39,141 nucleotides of DNA from Nitrincola sp. GTDB taxonomy: Bacteria; Pseudomonadota; Gammaproteobacteria; Pseudomonadales; Balneatricaceae. Numbering within the stretch: the stretch's first letter is position 1; every line of letters begins with the position of its first letter. The stretch covers positions 1-39,141 of the forward strand of contig SLCQ01000034.1 in NCBI GenBank assembly GCA_007125745.1. Direction: 5' to 3'. Of this stretch, positions 1 through 10,869 are shown in pieces. Below the pieces are notes generated by a model, which saw nothing but the letters and a program-made list of their open reading frames with translations, did not search any database and was not told the DNA's origin. The position numbers and the translations under genes were made by a program.

Positions 1-643
1 CGCTAAATCTGGCTAAAAAATCAGCGGTGCGCTTCATGCGGTGTAACTCTGTCACGAGATGCCTAAGCAGTTGATCCCCACCATCCCAACTGTATTCGTC
101 ATTGATTTTACTGAAGTCATCAATATCGATTATTAACGCACTGCAAACTCCATCATAGCGCTGGACCTGCGCCAGGCTTTGCTCAAGAACAGGCATGAGT
201 GCTCTTCGATTGTATGCGCCGGTAAGAGGATCTCGTTGTGCCTGACTGGTGATGCGTCTTTCTAATTTTTTAAGGTCATTAATATTACGTAAAGACCAGA
301 TCAGCTCATCTGACTCAGTCATAAGCATTCGACTGTGGTACCAGATCACCTCTTTTAAACCCATTGCTTTGAAAGCATGTTGATGATTAGGACGCAGGAC
401 CAATTCATTTTTGACCACTTGCCCTTGTCGAGCAGTTTTAATATAGCCACGAATCAGCGTTAAATAGTCTGATGGAAAAATATCTTCTAACGATTTCCCC
501 TTGAGTTCGCTCACGATTAACCAGTCTTCGTCACCTGGACTCACCCGTGTTATCACATCGTTCTCAACGACTAACACCAAATCAGAATCTAATGAAAGTA
601 GCGCATCGAAACGGTCTTTGAGCGTCATCTGTTGCTCAGACAT
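1..643 (-). CDS. GGDEF-domain protein with N-terminal PAS-like sensor region (3' end runs off the window)
   Basis: Not in the ORF track; translated by hand from ATG 643 (AGGAGA RBS at 651-656): MSEQQMTLKDRFDALLSLDSD...AQRDPLTGAYNRR...IIDIDDFSKINDEYSWDGGDQLL...RTADFLARFS. DPLTG/NRR, DIDxFxxIND and RxxD motifs mark a GGDEF domain. The PAS-like call is inference. Confidence 0.88.
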   Translation of the reverse strand, partial: MSEQQMTLKDRFDALLSLDSDLVLVVENDVITRVSPGDEDWLIVSELKGKSLEDIFPSDYLTLIRGYIKTARQGQVVKNELVLRPNHQHAFKAMGLKEVIWYHSRMLMTESDELIWSLRNINDLKKLERRITSQAQRDPLTGAYNRRALMPVLEQSLAQVQRYDGVCSALIIDIDDFSKINDEYSWDGGDQLLRHLVTELHRMKRTADFLARFS

Positions 644-676
644 ACCTCTATCTCCTTGGGGGCAGGTTCTTAGGGT

Positions 677-976
677 TTAGTGTAGACGATCAATCATTAC
701 CTCTACAGCGGCTCGAAGCTGTTCGTCTGTGCAATTAAAACAGGTGCCCTTAGGCGGCATCGAACCTTTACCAGTGATGACCGTCTGTGTCATCGCATCA
801 ACACCTGATTCCAGTCGAGGCGCCCAATTTTCAGCATCATCCATTTTTGGCGCGCCCGCTAGACCTGCATCATGACATGCTTGGCAATGACGATCCACAA
901 TCGCTTCTACCTCAGCGAGAGCAACACTACTTCCCAGCATTAAACCTACGACAACAGGGGCAAGTATTTTTTTCAT
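677..976 (-). CDS. cytochrome c5 family periplasmic cytochrome
   Basis: Signal peptide ending VALA, heme motif CQACH, GxxGAP, W-x-x-R, MPPKG (axial Met) and a second CxxC (CFNC) typical of c5. Confidence 0.92.
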   Translation of the reverse strand: MKKILAPVVVGLMLGSSVALAEVEAIVDRHCQACHDAGLAGAPKMDDAENWAPRLESGVDAMTQTVITGKGSMPPKGTCFNCTDEQLRAAVEVMIDRLH

Positions 977-1053
977 GATAATATCCCGACAAGTTAAACG
1001 ACTTTAACTCAAGGATAAACCAGACTGGGGAACAAATCGAGTAGTATTGAGAC

Positions 1054-1091
1054 CAGGCGAGTATCACTTAAAACAAAGCGATACTCACCTG
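1054..1091 (-). other. 16-bp RNA hairpin just after the htpG stop, without a U-tract
   Basis: Minus-strand RNA CAGGUGAGUAUCGCUU-UGUUUU-AAGUGAUACUCGCCUG pairs fully using two G-U pairs. Confidence 0.7.
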
Positions 1092-1097
1092 TTTCAT

Positions 1098-3020
1098 TTA
1101 AGCACTGAGCTCAAGGAGGAGTTTGTTTAGTCGAGCAGTATAAGCAGCTGGATCTTCCAACTGCCCACCTGCCGCTAAGTCTGCTTGGTCAAGCAGGATA
1201 TAGGCTAAATCAGCAAAACGTGCTTCATCAGGCTCTTGATCCAGCTTTTGAATTAATGGGTGCTCTGGGTTCACTTCAAAGATCGGCTTGGTATCCGGTA
1301 CTTTTTGACCCGCGGCCTCCATTATTTTGCGCATTTGCATGCCCATATCGTAGTCGTTTAACACCAGACAGGCTGGCGAGTCTGTTAAACGATGCGTGAC
1401 ACGCACTTCAGATACACGCGCTTCCAGCACTGGCTTTAAACGCTCTAGCAAGCTTTCTAAATGCTTTGCTGTTTCCTCTTGCTGTTTTTTCTCTTCTTCT
1501 GACTCCACTTCACCTAGGTTTAATTCACCCTTAGTGACGTCTTGGAAAGACTTACCATCAAAATCGAACAACTGGCTCATCATCCAGTCGTCAATGCGGT
1601 CGGTAAGCAGTAAGACCTCAATACCCTTTTTGCGGAAAATTTCCAAGTGCGGGCTACTTTTTGCCGTATTAAAGTTTTCAGCAACGACATAGAAGATTTT
1701 TTCCTGCCCTTCTTGCATGCGGGATACATAGTCATCAAGGCTGACTGACTGTTCTGATGTGCCGGTATGAGTTGATGCGAAACGCAGAAGCTTAAGAATT
1801 TTGTCTTTGTTGGCGTAGTCTTCCGCAGGCCCTTCTTTAAGCACTTGACCAAACTCTTTCCAAAAAGCAGCATACTTTTCGGTGTCTTTAGCTAACTTAT
1901 TGAGCATATCAAGTACGCGTTTAGTTAAGGCGCTGCGTAGCTTATCAACATTGGGATCTTTTTGCAGAATTTCACGAGAAACATTCAACGACAGGTTGTT
2001 ACTGTCCACGACCCCTTTAATGAAGCGTAGGTAAAGCGGTAAAAACTGATCCGCTTGATCCATTATAAATACACGCTGAACATAGAGTTTTAGTCCGCGT
2101 GGTGCTTCACGATTCCACAAATCAAAAGGCGCTTTCTCAGGAACATACAGCAGGCTTGTATATTCTAAATTACCTTCTACTTTGTTGTGAGACCAGCTTA
2201 GCGGATCGCTGTAGTCATGCGAGACATGCTTGTAAAAGGCTTGATACTCTTCATCCTTGATATCACTTTTACTACGCGTCCAAAGCGCTGTTGCACTGTT
2301 CACCGCTTCATATTCGGGTGTTGCGTTTTGTTCTGGCGCTTCCGCTTCTTCTTCGTCAGCGGACGGCATCGCCTCTTTTTCCATCATGACAGGAAAAGCG
2401 ATATGGTCAGAGTACTTGCGCACTAAGTTACGTAAACGCCAACCGTCCGCAAACTCTTCTTCACCTTCCTTCAGGTGCAGCACAATACGCGTACCACGTC
2501 CCGCTTTTTCCGTTGACGCGATGGTAAACTCACCTTCACCTCGGGATGACCAGTGAACTGCTTCTGAGATGGGCTCCCCTGCACGACGGGTGAAAACATC
2601 AACTTGATCAGCAACAATAAATGAAGAATAGAAACCAACACCAAACTGACCTATTAGCTGGCTATCTTTGCTTTGATCACCGGTTAAACTTGATAGAAAG
2701 CTGGCAGTACCTGATTTTGCAATTGTTCCCAAGTGCTCTATCACGTCCTCACGGCTCATGCCGATGCCATTGTCCTCAATGGTGACGGTTTTCGCATCTT
2801 TATCAAAGCTGATACGAATATTGAGATCGGAATCCCCTTCGTACAGATCACTTTTTTCCAAGGCTTCAAATCGTAATTTTTCCGCTGCGTCAGAGGCATT
2901 TGAAATCAGCTCTCTTAAAAAAATCTCTTTGTTGGAATAGAGTGAATGCACCATTAAGTGCAAGAGTTGCTTGACTTCAGTTTGAAAGCCAAGGGTTTCT
3001 TTTTGGGTTTCTGTACTCAT
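1098..3020 (-). CDS. htpG: molecular chaperone HtpG (Hsp90)
   Basis: 640 aa; [52 protein letters not shown]; AGGAG RBS. Confidence 0.99.
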   Translation of the reverse strand: MSTETQKETLGFQTEVKQLLHLMVHSLYSNKEIFLRELISNASDAAEKLRFEALEKSDLYEGDSDLNIRISFDKDAKTVTIEDNGIGMSREDVIEHLGTIAKSGTASFLSSLTGDQSKDSQLIGQFGVGFYSSFIVADQVDVFTRRAGEPISEAVHWSSRGEGEFTIASTEKAGRGTRIVLHLKEGEEEFADGWRLRNLVRKYSDHIAFPVMMEKEAMPSADEEEAEAPEQNATPEYEAVNSATALWTRSKSDIKDEEYQAFYKHVSHDYSDPLSWSHNKVEGNLEYTSLLYVPEKAPFDLWNREAPRGLKLYVQRVFIMDQADQFLPLYLRFIKGVVDSNNLSLNVSREILQKDPNVDKLRSALTKRVLDMLNKLAKDTEKYAAFWKEFGQVLKEGPAEDYANKDKILKLLRFASTHTGTSEQSVSLDDYVSRMQEGQEKIFYVVAENFNTAKSSPHLEIFRKKGIEVLLLTDRIDDWMMSQLFDFDGKSFQDVTKGELNLGEVESEEEKKQQEETAKHLESLLERLKPVLEARVSEVRVTHRLTDSPACLVLNDYDMGMQMRKIMEAAGQKVPDTKPIFEVNPEHPLIQKLDQEPDEARFADLAYILLDQADLAAGGQLEDPAAYTARLNKLLLELSA

Positions 3021-3085
3021 CTCTAACTAAGACTCCTGTTGAATGGACGCTTCTCAAGGCAAATAATGCCTTTACACAGGGTCTG

Positions 3086-3113
3086 ATATAGGGGCTTTTT
3101 TTAAGGTTTCAAG
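3086..3113 (-). promoter_or_regulatory. sigma-32 (RpoH) heat-shock promoter of htpG
   Basis: Minus strand reads CTTGAA-accttaaaaaaag-CCCCTATAT, close to the CTTGAA-N13-15-CCCCATNT consensus, about 65 nt upstream of htpG, a classic RpoH-regulon gene. Confidence 0.8.
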
Positions 3114-3866
3114 TCACTGAGTACCATTATCTACTTTTGAGATCACCGGACGATTAAGCTCTGAACTCATCATCAGCGTGTTGAGGGTCGAGGATTTAAA
3201 CTCCCGTCGATATAAAACATAAACAATTACCGCACTTAACAGCATAAATAACCAGGGGTTGATCGTCCAACTAAGTACCGCAATACTGAAATAGTAGGTT
3301 CTAAGACCAATATTAAAACTGTTTGCAGCCATAGAGGTCATTTTTGCAACACGAGCGGCATGAGCTTCTAACTGACGATCAGTGAGTGTCTCTTCCGGGG
3401 TCGGTGCTCCACCAATCATCACCGATGCAAAACCATACTGTCGAAGACTCCAAGTAAACTTAAAAAAAGCGTAGACAAAGAGCAATAACATCACCAAGAG
3501 CTTAAGCTCCCACTCCTGACGGGTGGCTGGCATAGCAAAGGGCAGATCCTTAATTAAATTAATAACCTGATCAGTCGAACTCATCACCGTCAGAATACCC
3601 GCCATAACTAAAATGGTCGTGCTAGCAAAGAAGGAGACACTGCGTTCTAAATTGGAGATAACGGTCGCATCAGAGATGCGGTTATCGCGTGATAACATCC
3701 GTCGCATCCATTCTGTACGGTAGATATGTAAGACACTGGCTAGACAAGGCGTTGTGTAACTTTTGACACGAGCATAGTACATATAGCCGTTGAAACAGAT
3801 CAGAAACCAGATTAAAGCTAAAAAATTTAGACCGTTCTGGGCAACAAAAGTAAGTAACTCAGGCAT
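3114..3866 (-). CDS. DUF599 family inner-membrane protein
   Basis: 250 aa with several hydrophobic segments; R-x-x-W...RDNRI, SFFAST, FFKFTWSLRQY, FNxGLRxYYF and LYRREF match DUF599; GGAG RBS. Confidence 0.85.
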   Translation of the reverse strand: MPELLTFVAQNGLNFLALIWFLICFNGYMYYARVKSYTTPCLASVLHIYRTEWMRRMLSRDNRISDATVISNLERSVSFFASTTILVMAGILTVMSSTDQVINLIKDLPFAMPATRQEWELKLLVMLLLFVYAFFKFTWSLRQYGFASVMIGGAPTPEETLTDRQLEAHAARVAKMTSMAANSFNIGLRTYYFSIAVLSWTINPWLFMLLSAVIVYVLYRREFKSSTLNTLMMSSELNRPVISKVDNGTQ

Positions 3867-3923
3867 TTATACGCTCCATTAGACCAACACTTATAGTCTA
3901 AAGTATAAACAGCCCTAACTCCA

Positions 3924-5399
3924 CTAGGATGAACAGGTTAGACATATCGCTGCAGCCCAATCGGGTGGAGCATCTTGGTAATGATTCAGTTCAGTATGTT
4001 GTTCGTGTGGGTTTCTCAAAACTGACAGAAGCTGATTGACAAGCCGATAATCTCCCTGAGTCGCTTCACGAATCGCCTCTTCCGCCATGTAATTTCGAAG
4101 AATAAAGCGTGGGTTAACAGCTCGCATCTGTTGCTTTCTCATAGGCGGGCTACTCGCCTCCAAGGTGATTCGTTGTTGATAGTCATTCAGCCACTGTTGC
4201 CATGCGACAGGTTCTTTTTGGGTATGTTGATCGAGTGATTGAGATAGATTCAGTGGATATTGCTGATCCGTTAGGTCACTGAAAAAGCGGTTTATATCGG
4301 TCCGGTGTTTTGCAAACAGAGTCCATAAACGATCAATCAGGTCGGCATCATTTACGTGTGAGGCTTGCAGACCTATACGCACTTTGCGCCTTTGCAGTAA
4401 CTGTTTTTCAAACTCTTGTGGAAAAGTCTCTAGGGTTTCTTCCAAGGAGGCTCGATCAACTAAGGGTAAAAGCGTTTGTGCCAGGCAAGCCAAGTTCCAA
4501 TGAACGATGTTAGGCTGACGACTAAACGCATAACGGCCCGCATCATCATTTTTGTTGGCTATATGATCTTTTTCATAATGGTCCATAAATGTAAAAGGGC
4601 CATAGTCAAAGGTCTCACCCAGTATCGACATATTGTCTGTATTCAGCACTCCATGTACAAAGCCGTAGGCTTGCCAAAGAGCAACGAGGTATGCCGTTTG
4701 AGTTTGCACTTGCTGATACATGGATATGTAGGGGTTTTCATGCGCTTGGCAGTCTGGAAAATAACGTTGTATAACATAGTCCGCTAATTGCTTTAACTCA
4801 TCATGACGCTTACTGTAGTACAACCATTCGAAGTGACCAAAGCGTATATGACAGCGGGTCAGCCGGCAGAGCATAGCGCAGGGTTCCATTCCCAGTCGTG
4901 AGGTATACTCTTCGCTACCAATAAGACAGAGCGCTTCTGTGGTCGGTACACCCAGTCCATACATCGCCTCGCTAGCAAGATACTCACGTATACTGGAACG
5001 CAACACAGCCCGCCCATCGGCAAAACGCGAGAAAGCGGTCTGCCCTGCTCCCTTTAGGTGTAAATCCCAGCGCTCTCCTTTTTGATTGAGCACCTCTCCT
5101 AAAAGTACACCACGACCATCTCCTAAATGCGGGTTGTATTGCCCAAATTGATGACCGGTGTACTTCATCGCTAACGAAGAGGAGCCAGGTAACGCTTCAT
5201 GACCACCGAAATAACGCGCCAACTGATCAGGGTTAACTTGACAAGGATCTAAATCGATTCGTTGAGCGACACGTGCGTTGAAGCTAATTAAATGCGTATC
5301 TTTTAACGGCAATGGACGGGTACGTTGAAACCATTCTTCTGGCATACGTGCATAGCTGTTATCGAAGTTGAGTTGTTCAAGGCTACGCAATGACAGCAT
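3924..5399 (-). CDS. selO: protein adenylyltransferase SelO (YdiU/UPF0061)
   Basis: GHQFG, LGDGR, LKGAGxT, DGRAVLRSSIREYL, HIRFGHFE, HGVLNTDN, DYGPF, NPRFILRNY and C-terminal CSS. Start moved to ATG 5399 because a GGAG RBS (5406-5409) precedes it. Confidence 0.96.
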   Translation of the reverse strand: MLSLRSLEQLNFDNSYARMPEEWFQRTRPLPLKDTHLISFNARVAQRIDLDPCQVNPDQLARYFGGHEALPGSSSLAMKYTGHQFGQYNPHLGDGRGVLLGEVLNQKGERWDLHLKGAGQTAFSRFADGRAVLRSSIREYLASEAMYGLGVPTTEALCLIGSEEYTSRLGMEPCAMLCRLTRCHIRFGHFEWLYYSKRHDELKQLADYVIQRYFPDCQAHENPYISMYQQVQTQTAYLVALWQAYGFVHGVLNTDNMSILGETFDYGPFTFMDHYEKDHIANKNDDAGRYAFSRQPNIVHWNLACLAQTLLPLVDRASLEETLETFPQEFEKQLLQRRKVRIGLQASHVNDADLIDRLWTLFAKHRTDINRFFSDLTDQQYPLNLSQSLDQHTQKEPVAWQQWLNDYQQRITLEASSPPMRKQQMRAVNPRFILRNYMAEEAIREATQGDYRLVNQLLSVLRNPHEQHTELNHYQDAPPDWAAAICLTCSS

Positions 5400-5521
5400 A
5401 TTATTCTCCAAACACGTTACTTTGCTATACCTTACTATTTTTGTCAGGTATTGTCATCAACTAGCGAAAATGCAACCGCTTGGTGTTACTATGTCGTCTG
5501 TAATACGCTAGGAGTTAAATA

Positions 5522-5848
5522 ATGTGGTTTGATTTACAGGCGCTTATCTGGATATGCGTATTAGCATTTGTTGCGCTTTTTTGGTGGCAAAACTTAAAAG
5601 TGCGCGAGCAAGCGCTTGTCGCAGTAAAACGTTATTGCGCGAAAGAGATGTTGCAATTACTTGACCAAAGCGTAGCACTCAAAAGTATGCGTATTAAACG
5701 CTCATCCGATACCGGTCGTTTGGTACTGAATCGTAACTACGCCTTCGAATTTACCAGCACGGGTGATGAGCGTTATCGTGGTTGGATAGAGATGCACGGC
5801 CAGCGTTTCGCCGGGATACAAACTGAACCTTATAAGATCGTTGAATAA
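5522..5848 (+). CDS. DUF3301 family small membrane protein
   Basis: 108 aa; N-terminal TM helix ending WW, RE-x-A...C...LQLLDQSVAL, Y-x-FEFTSTGDERYRG; AGGAG RBS. Confidence 0.85.
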   Translation: MWFDLQALIWICVLAFVALFWWQNLKVREQALVAVKRYCAKEMLQLLDQSVALKSMRIKRSSDTGRLVLNRNYAFEFTSTGDERYRGWIEMHGQRFAGIQTEPYKIVE

Positions 5849-5879
5849 TGAGCAAGAAAGGTGAAGGCTAGTAAAGATA

Positions 5880-5913
5880 TAAAAAAGTTCGCCCGCAAAG
5901 AGATGCGGGCGAA
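5880..5913 (-). terminator. Rho-independent terminator of the suc operon
   Basis: TTCGCCCGCA-aagaga-TGCGGGCGAA 10-bp stem; the A-run near 5881-5886 gives a U-tract on the minus strand. Confidence 0.85.
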
Positions 5914-5945
5914 TAGAGACTCAGCATCTAATGGTAATTAAGTGA

Positions 5946-6827
5946 TTACTTAATTGACCATCCTGTGATCTCAGACAGAGCTTTGCCGATATCAGCAAGT
6001 GAACGCACAGTTTTAACACCCGCGTCTTCTAGTGCGGCAAACTTCTCATCAGCAGTACCTTTACCACCTGAGATGATTGCACCCGCGTGGCCCATGCGCT
6101 TACCTGCAGGCGCAGTAACACCCGCAATGTAAGAAACAACAGGCTTAGTGACATTGTCTTTGATGTAAGCAGCCGCTTCTTCTTCAGCAGAACCACCGAT
6201 CTCACCGATCATGACGATCGCTTCAGTCTGTGGATCGTTCTGGAACAGTTCCAGAATATCGATGAAGTTAGAACCAGGAATTGGGTCACCACCGATACCA
6301 ACACAGGTAGACTGACCAAAGCCAGCATCCGTTGTTTGCTTAACGGCTTCGTAAGTAAGTGTACCAGAGCGAGACACAATACCGACTTTACCTGGTAAGT
6401 GAATATGACCCGGCATAATACCAATCTTACATTCACCTGGCGTGATAACACCTGGACAGTTAGGGCCGATTAAGGTCACACCCAACTCGTCGCACTTGAC
6501 TTTACATTCCAACATATCAAGCGTTGGGATGCCTTCGGTAATACATACGATAAGCTTGATACCACCGTTAGCAGCTTCAAGAATAGAATCCTTACAGAAA
6601 GCAGCGGGTACGTAGATAACAGAAGCATCTGCACCTGTTTTTTCAACCGCTTCAGCAACGGTATTAAATACAGGTAGACCTAAGTGCTCAGTACCACCTT
6701 TACCAGGTGTTACACCGCCAACCATTTTGGTACCGTAAGCAATCGCCTGCTCTGAGTGGAAAGTACCTTGACCGCCAGTAAAGCCCTGACAGATAACTTT
6801 AGTGTCTTTATTAATCAGAACGGACAT
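5946..6827 (-). CDS. sucD: succinyl-CoA synthetase alpha subunit
   Basis: [28 protein letters not shown], phospho-His motif RMGHAGA. Confidence 0.99.
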   Translation of the reverse strand: MSVLINKDTKVICQGFTGGQGTFHSEQAIAYGTKMVGGVTPGKGGTEHLGLPVFNTVAEAVEKTGADASVIYVPAAFCKDSILEAANGGIKLIVCITEGIPTLDMLECKVKCDELGVTLIGPNCPGVITPGECKIGIMPGHIHLPGKVGIVSRSGTLTYEAVKQTTDAGFGQSTCVGIGGDPIPGSNFIDILELFQNDPQTEAIVMIGEIGGSAEEEAAAYIKDNVTKPVVSYIAGVTAPAGKRMGHAGAIISGGKGTADEKFAALEDAGVKTVRSLADIGKALSEITGWSIK

Positions 6828-6829
6828 GA

Positions 6830-7996
6830 TTATTTACCCCCCGCGGCTTTCACAACCTGCTGTGCAGCGTCAGTTAAGCTGGTCGCCGCAATGATATCTA
6901 GACCGGATTCAGCTAGACGCTGAGCGCCTAATTCGGCGTTGTTACCTTCCAAACGAACAACAACAGGAACGTCTACACCGACTTCTTTAACCGCACCGAT
7001 AATACCATCAGCAATGAGGTCGCAACGTACGATACCACCGAAGATGTTAACCAGAACTGCGCTAACAGTGCTGTCAGATAGGATGATTTTGAACGCTTCA
7101 GTTACACGCTCTTTAGTCGCACCACCCCCTACGTCTAGGAAGTTAGCTGGCTGACCACCGTGAAGTTTAACGATGTCCATGGTACCCATTGCTAGGCCAG
7201 CACCGTTAACCATGCAACCGATGTTACCTTCAAGTGCTACGTAGTTCAGTTCCCACTGAGCAGCATGAGCTTCACGCTCATCATCTTGTGAAGGATCGTG
7301 CATCGCTTGAATGTCTTTGTGACGGTATACAGCGTTGCTGTCAATCACGATTTTAGCGTCTAAGCAGTGAAGATTACCGGCATCAGTGATGACTAAAGGG
7401 TTGATTTCAAGCAGTGCCAAATCTTTCTCTTGGAACATTTTTGCAAGGCCCAAGAAGATCTGAACGAATTGCTTGATTTGATCGCCTTGAAGTCCGAGTT
7501 TGAACGCCAATTCGCGACCTTGGTAAGGCTGTGCACCCGTCAATGGATCAACTGTCGCCTTAAGGATCTTTTCAGGTGTCTCATGCGCTACCTTCTCGAT
7601 CTCAACACCGCCCTCAGTAGAAGCCATGAATACGATACGACGAGTAGAACGGTCTACCACTGCACCTAAGTACAATTCATTAGCGATGTCTGTGCAGGTT
7701 TCAACCAAAATCTTAGAAACAGGCTGACCGCTGGCATCTGTTTGATAGGTAACCAGACGCTGGCCTAACCACTTTTCTGCAAATGCTTTGGCTTCGGCAG
7801 GTGAGTCGACAAGCTTTACACCGCCAGCCTTACCACGTCCACCTGCGTGAACTTGGGCTTTAACAACCCACTTATCACCACCAATTTTTTCTGCTGCTGC
7901 AGCAGCTTCATCAGGAGTATCTACCGCGATGCCTTTAGAGACTGGCAGACCATATTGGGCAAACAGTTGTTTACCTTGGTATTCATGAAGGTTCAT
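6830..7996 (-). CDS. sucC: succinyl-CoA synthetase beta subunit
   Basis: Canonical start MNLHEYQGK at ATG 7996 (388 aa); [31 protein letters not shown]. Confidence 0.99.
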   Translation of the reverse strand: MNLHEYQGKQLFAQYGLPVSKGIAVDTPDEAAAAAEKIGGDKWVVKAQVHAGGRGKAGGVKLVDSPAEAKAFAEKWLGQRLVTYQTDASGQPVSKILVETCTDIANELYLGAVVDRSTRRIVFMASTEGGVEIEKVAHETPEKILKATVDPLTGAQPYQGRELAFKLGLQGDQIKQFVQIFLGLAKMFQEKDLALLEINPLVITDAGNLHCLDAKIVIDSNAVYRHKDIQAMHDPSQDDEREAHAAQWELNYVALEGNIGCMVNGAGLAMGTMDIVKLHGGQPANFLDVGGGATKERVTEAFKIILSDSTVSAVLVNIFGGIVRCDLIADGIIGAVKEVGVDVPVVVRLEGNNAELGAQRLAESGLDIIAATSLTDAAQQVVKAAGGK

Positions 7997-8067
7997 GTTC
8001 TGATCCGTTGAATTATCGATTAAACATGTACAGCACAGGGCTGTTAACCGCTGACTGCACCTTATGT

Positions 8068-8118
8068 GAATCACAACTGCAGTGGCAACGCTTTTGGCTT
8101 GCCACTGTGTTGTAACTC
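8068..8118 (-). other. long intercistronic hairpin between lpd and sucC
   Basis: Minus RNA GAGUUACAAC-A-CAGUGGCAA...UUGCCACUG-CA-GUUGUGAUUC forms about 19 bp including G-U pairs; no U-tract. Confidence 0.7.
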
Positions 8119-8124
8119 TATAGG

Positions 8125-9561
<1,437 letters not shown>

Positions 9562-9616
9562 TCATTTATCCTGTTTTAGAATGAGTTTCTATCTCTACTT
9601 AGTGATCAAGCTCAGC

Positions 9617-10822
9617 TTAGACATCCAGTATGAGACGCGCAGGATCTTCTAGAAGATCTTTTATAGTCACGAGGAATTGTACAGCTTCCTTACCATCAAT
9701 CATACGATGGTCGTATGAAAGTGCCAGATACATCATCGGCAGAATAACCACTTGACCGTTGACCGCCATAGGACGCTCTTGAATTTTATGCATACCCAAG
9801 ATAGCGGTTTGCGGCGGGTTCAAAATAGGAGTCGACATTAGCGAGCCAAACACACCACCATTGGTGATGGTAAAGGTTCCACCCTGCATATCGTCCATAC
9901 CCAGCTTGCCATCACGACCGCGCTTACCAAAGTCTGCAATAGTCGCTTCAATATCGGCCAGACTCATGCTGTCGGTGTCACGAAGAACCGGCACCATCAA
10001 GCCACGATCGGTAGAAACAGCGACACCTACGTCTTGGTATCCATGGTAAACCATATCATTACCATCAATAGACGCGTTCACTGCCGGGAAACGCTTGAGC
10101 GCTTCAGTTGCAGCTTTAACAAAGAAAGACATAAAGCCTAAACGAGTGCCGTTGTGCGTTTTCTCAAAAAGGTCTTTATATTGGCGGCGAAGATCCATGA
10201 CAGGTTTCATGTTAACTTCATTGTAGGTCGTTAACATGGCCGCATTTTGTTGGGCTTCGACTAGGCGCTTAGCAATAGTTGCACGCAAACGAGTCATAGG
10301 TACACGCTTTTCAACGCGCTCACCCGCAGGAACATTGACCGCGGCAACAGGTGCTGAAGCAGCCGGTTTAGGTGCTGCAGTTGCAGTCGATGCACCACCT
10401 TTATTCAGGTAGTTTTGAACATCTTCTTTAGTGATACCACCGTTTTTACCCGTACCAGGAATTTGTGACGCATCAAGATTATTTTCATCAATCAGCTTAC
10501 GGGCAGCGGGGCCGATTTTTTCGGCATCAGTCGCTGTTGTGTCAGCAGACGCTTGAGGAGCTGATGATTCTGCAGTCGCCGCTGCACCCGCTTCAAAGAT
10601 AGCCAATACTTCTTCGCTGAGAACCGTGTCGCCTTCTGCTTTAATGACTTCTTTGATCACACCGTCAGCAGGTGCAACCACTTCCAGAACAACTTTGTCT
10701 GTTTCAATGTCAACAATCAGCTCATCTGTTGCACAAGCTTCGCCTGGTTGTTTATGCCAAGTTGCCACAGTACCATCGGCGACCGATTCGGGGAACGTAG
10801 GTGCTTTAATTTCGATACTCAT
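9617..10822 (-). CDS. sucB: 2-oxoglutarate dehydrogenase E2 (dihydrolipoyl succinyltransferase)
   Basis: Lipoyl motif ETDKV, E3-binding [12 protein letters not shown], Ala/Pro linkers, catalytic DHRMIDG. Confidence 0.99.
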   Translation of the reverse strand: MSIEIKAPTFPESVADGTVATWHKQPGEACATDELIVDIETDKVVLEVVAPADGVIKEVIKAEGDTVLSEEVLAIFEAGAAATAESSAPQASADTTATDAEKIGPAARKLIDENNLDASQIPGTGKNGGITKEDVQNYLNKGGASTATAAPKPAASAPVAAVNVPAGERVEKRVPMTRLRATIAKRLVEAQQNAAMLTTYNEVNMKPVMDLRRQYKDLFEKTHNGTRLGFMSFFVKAATEALKRFPAVNASIDGNDMVYHGYQDVGVAVSTDRGLMVPVLRDTDSMSLADIEATIADFGKRGRDGKLGMDDMQGGTFTITNGGVFGSLMSTPILNPPQTAILGMHKIQERPMAVNGQVVILPMMYLALSYDHRMIDGKEAVQFLVTIKDLLEDPARLILDV

Positions 10823-10869
10823 GTTCTTTCCTTTATGTATGCTGCTCTTTGGTTCATTCGAACGCGTTA

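Noticed and set aside
3924-3944. Selenocysteine or stop read-through in SelO
   Set aside because: Both Cys codons are TGT and the stop is TAG; there is no in-frame TGA.
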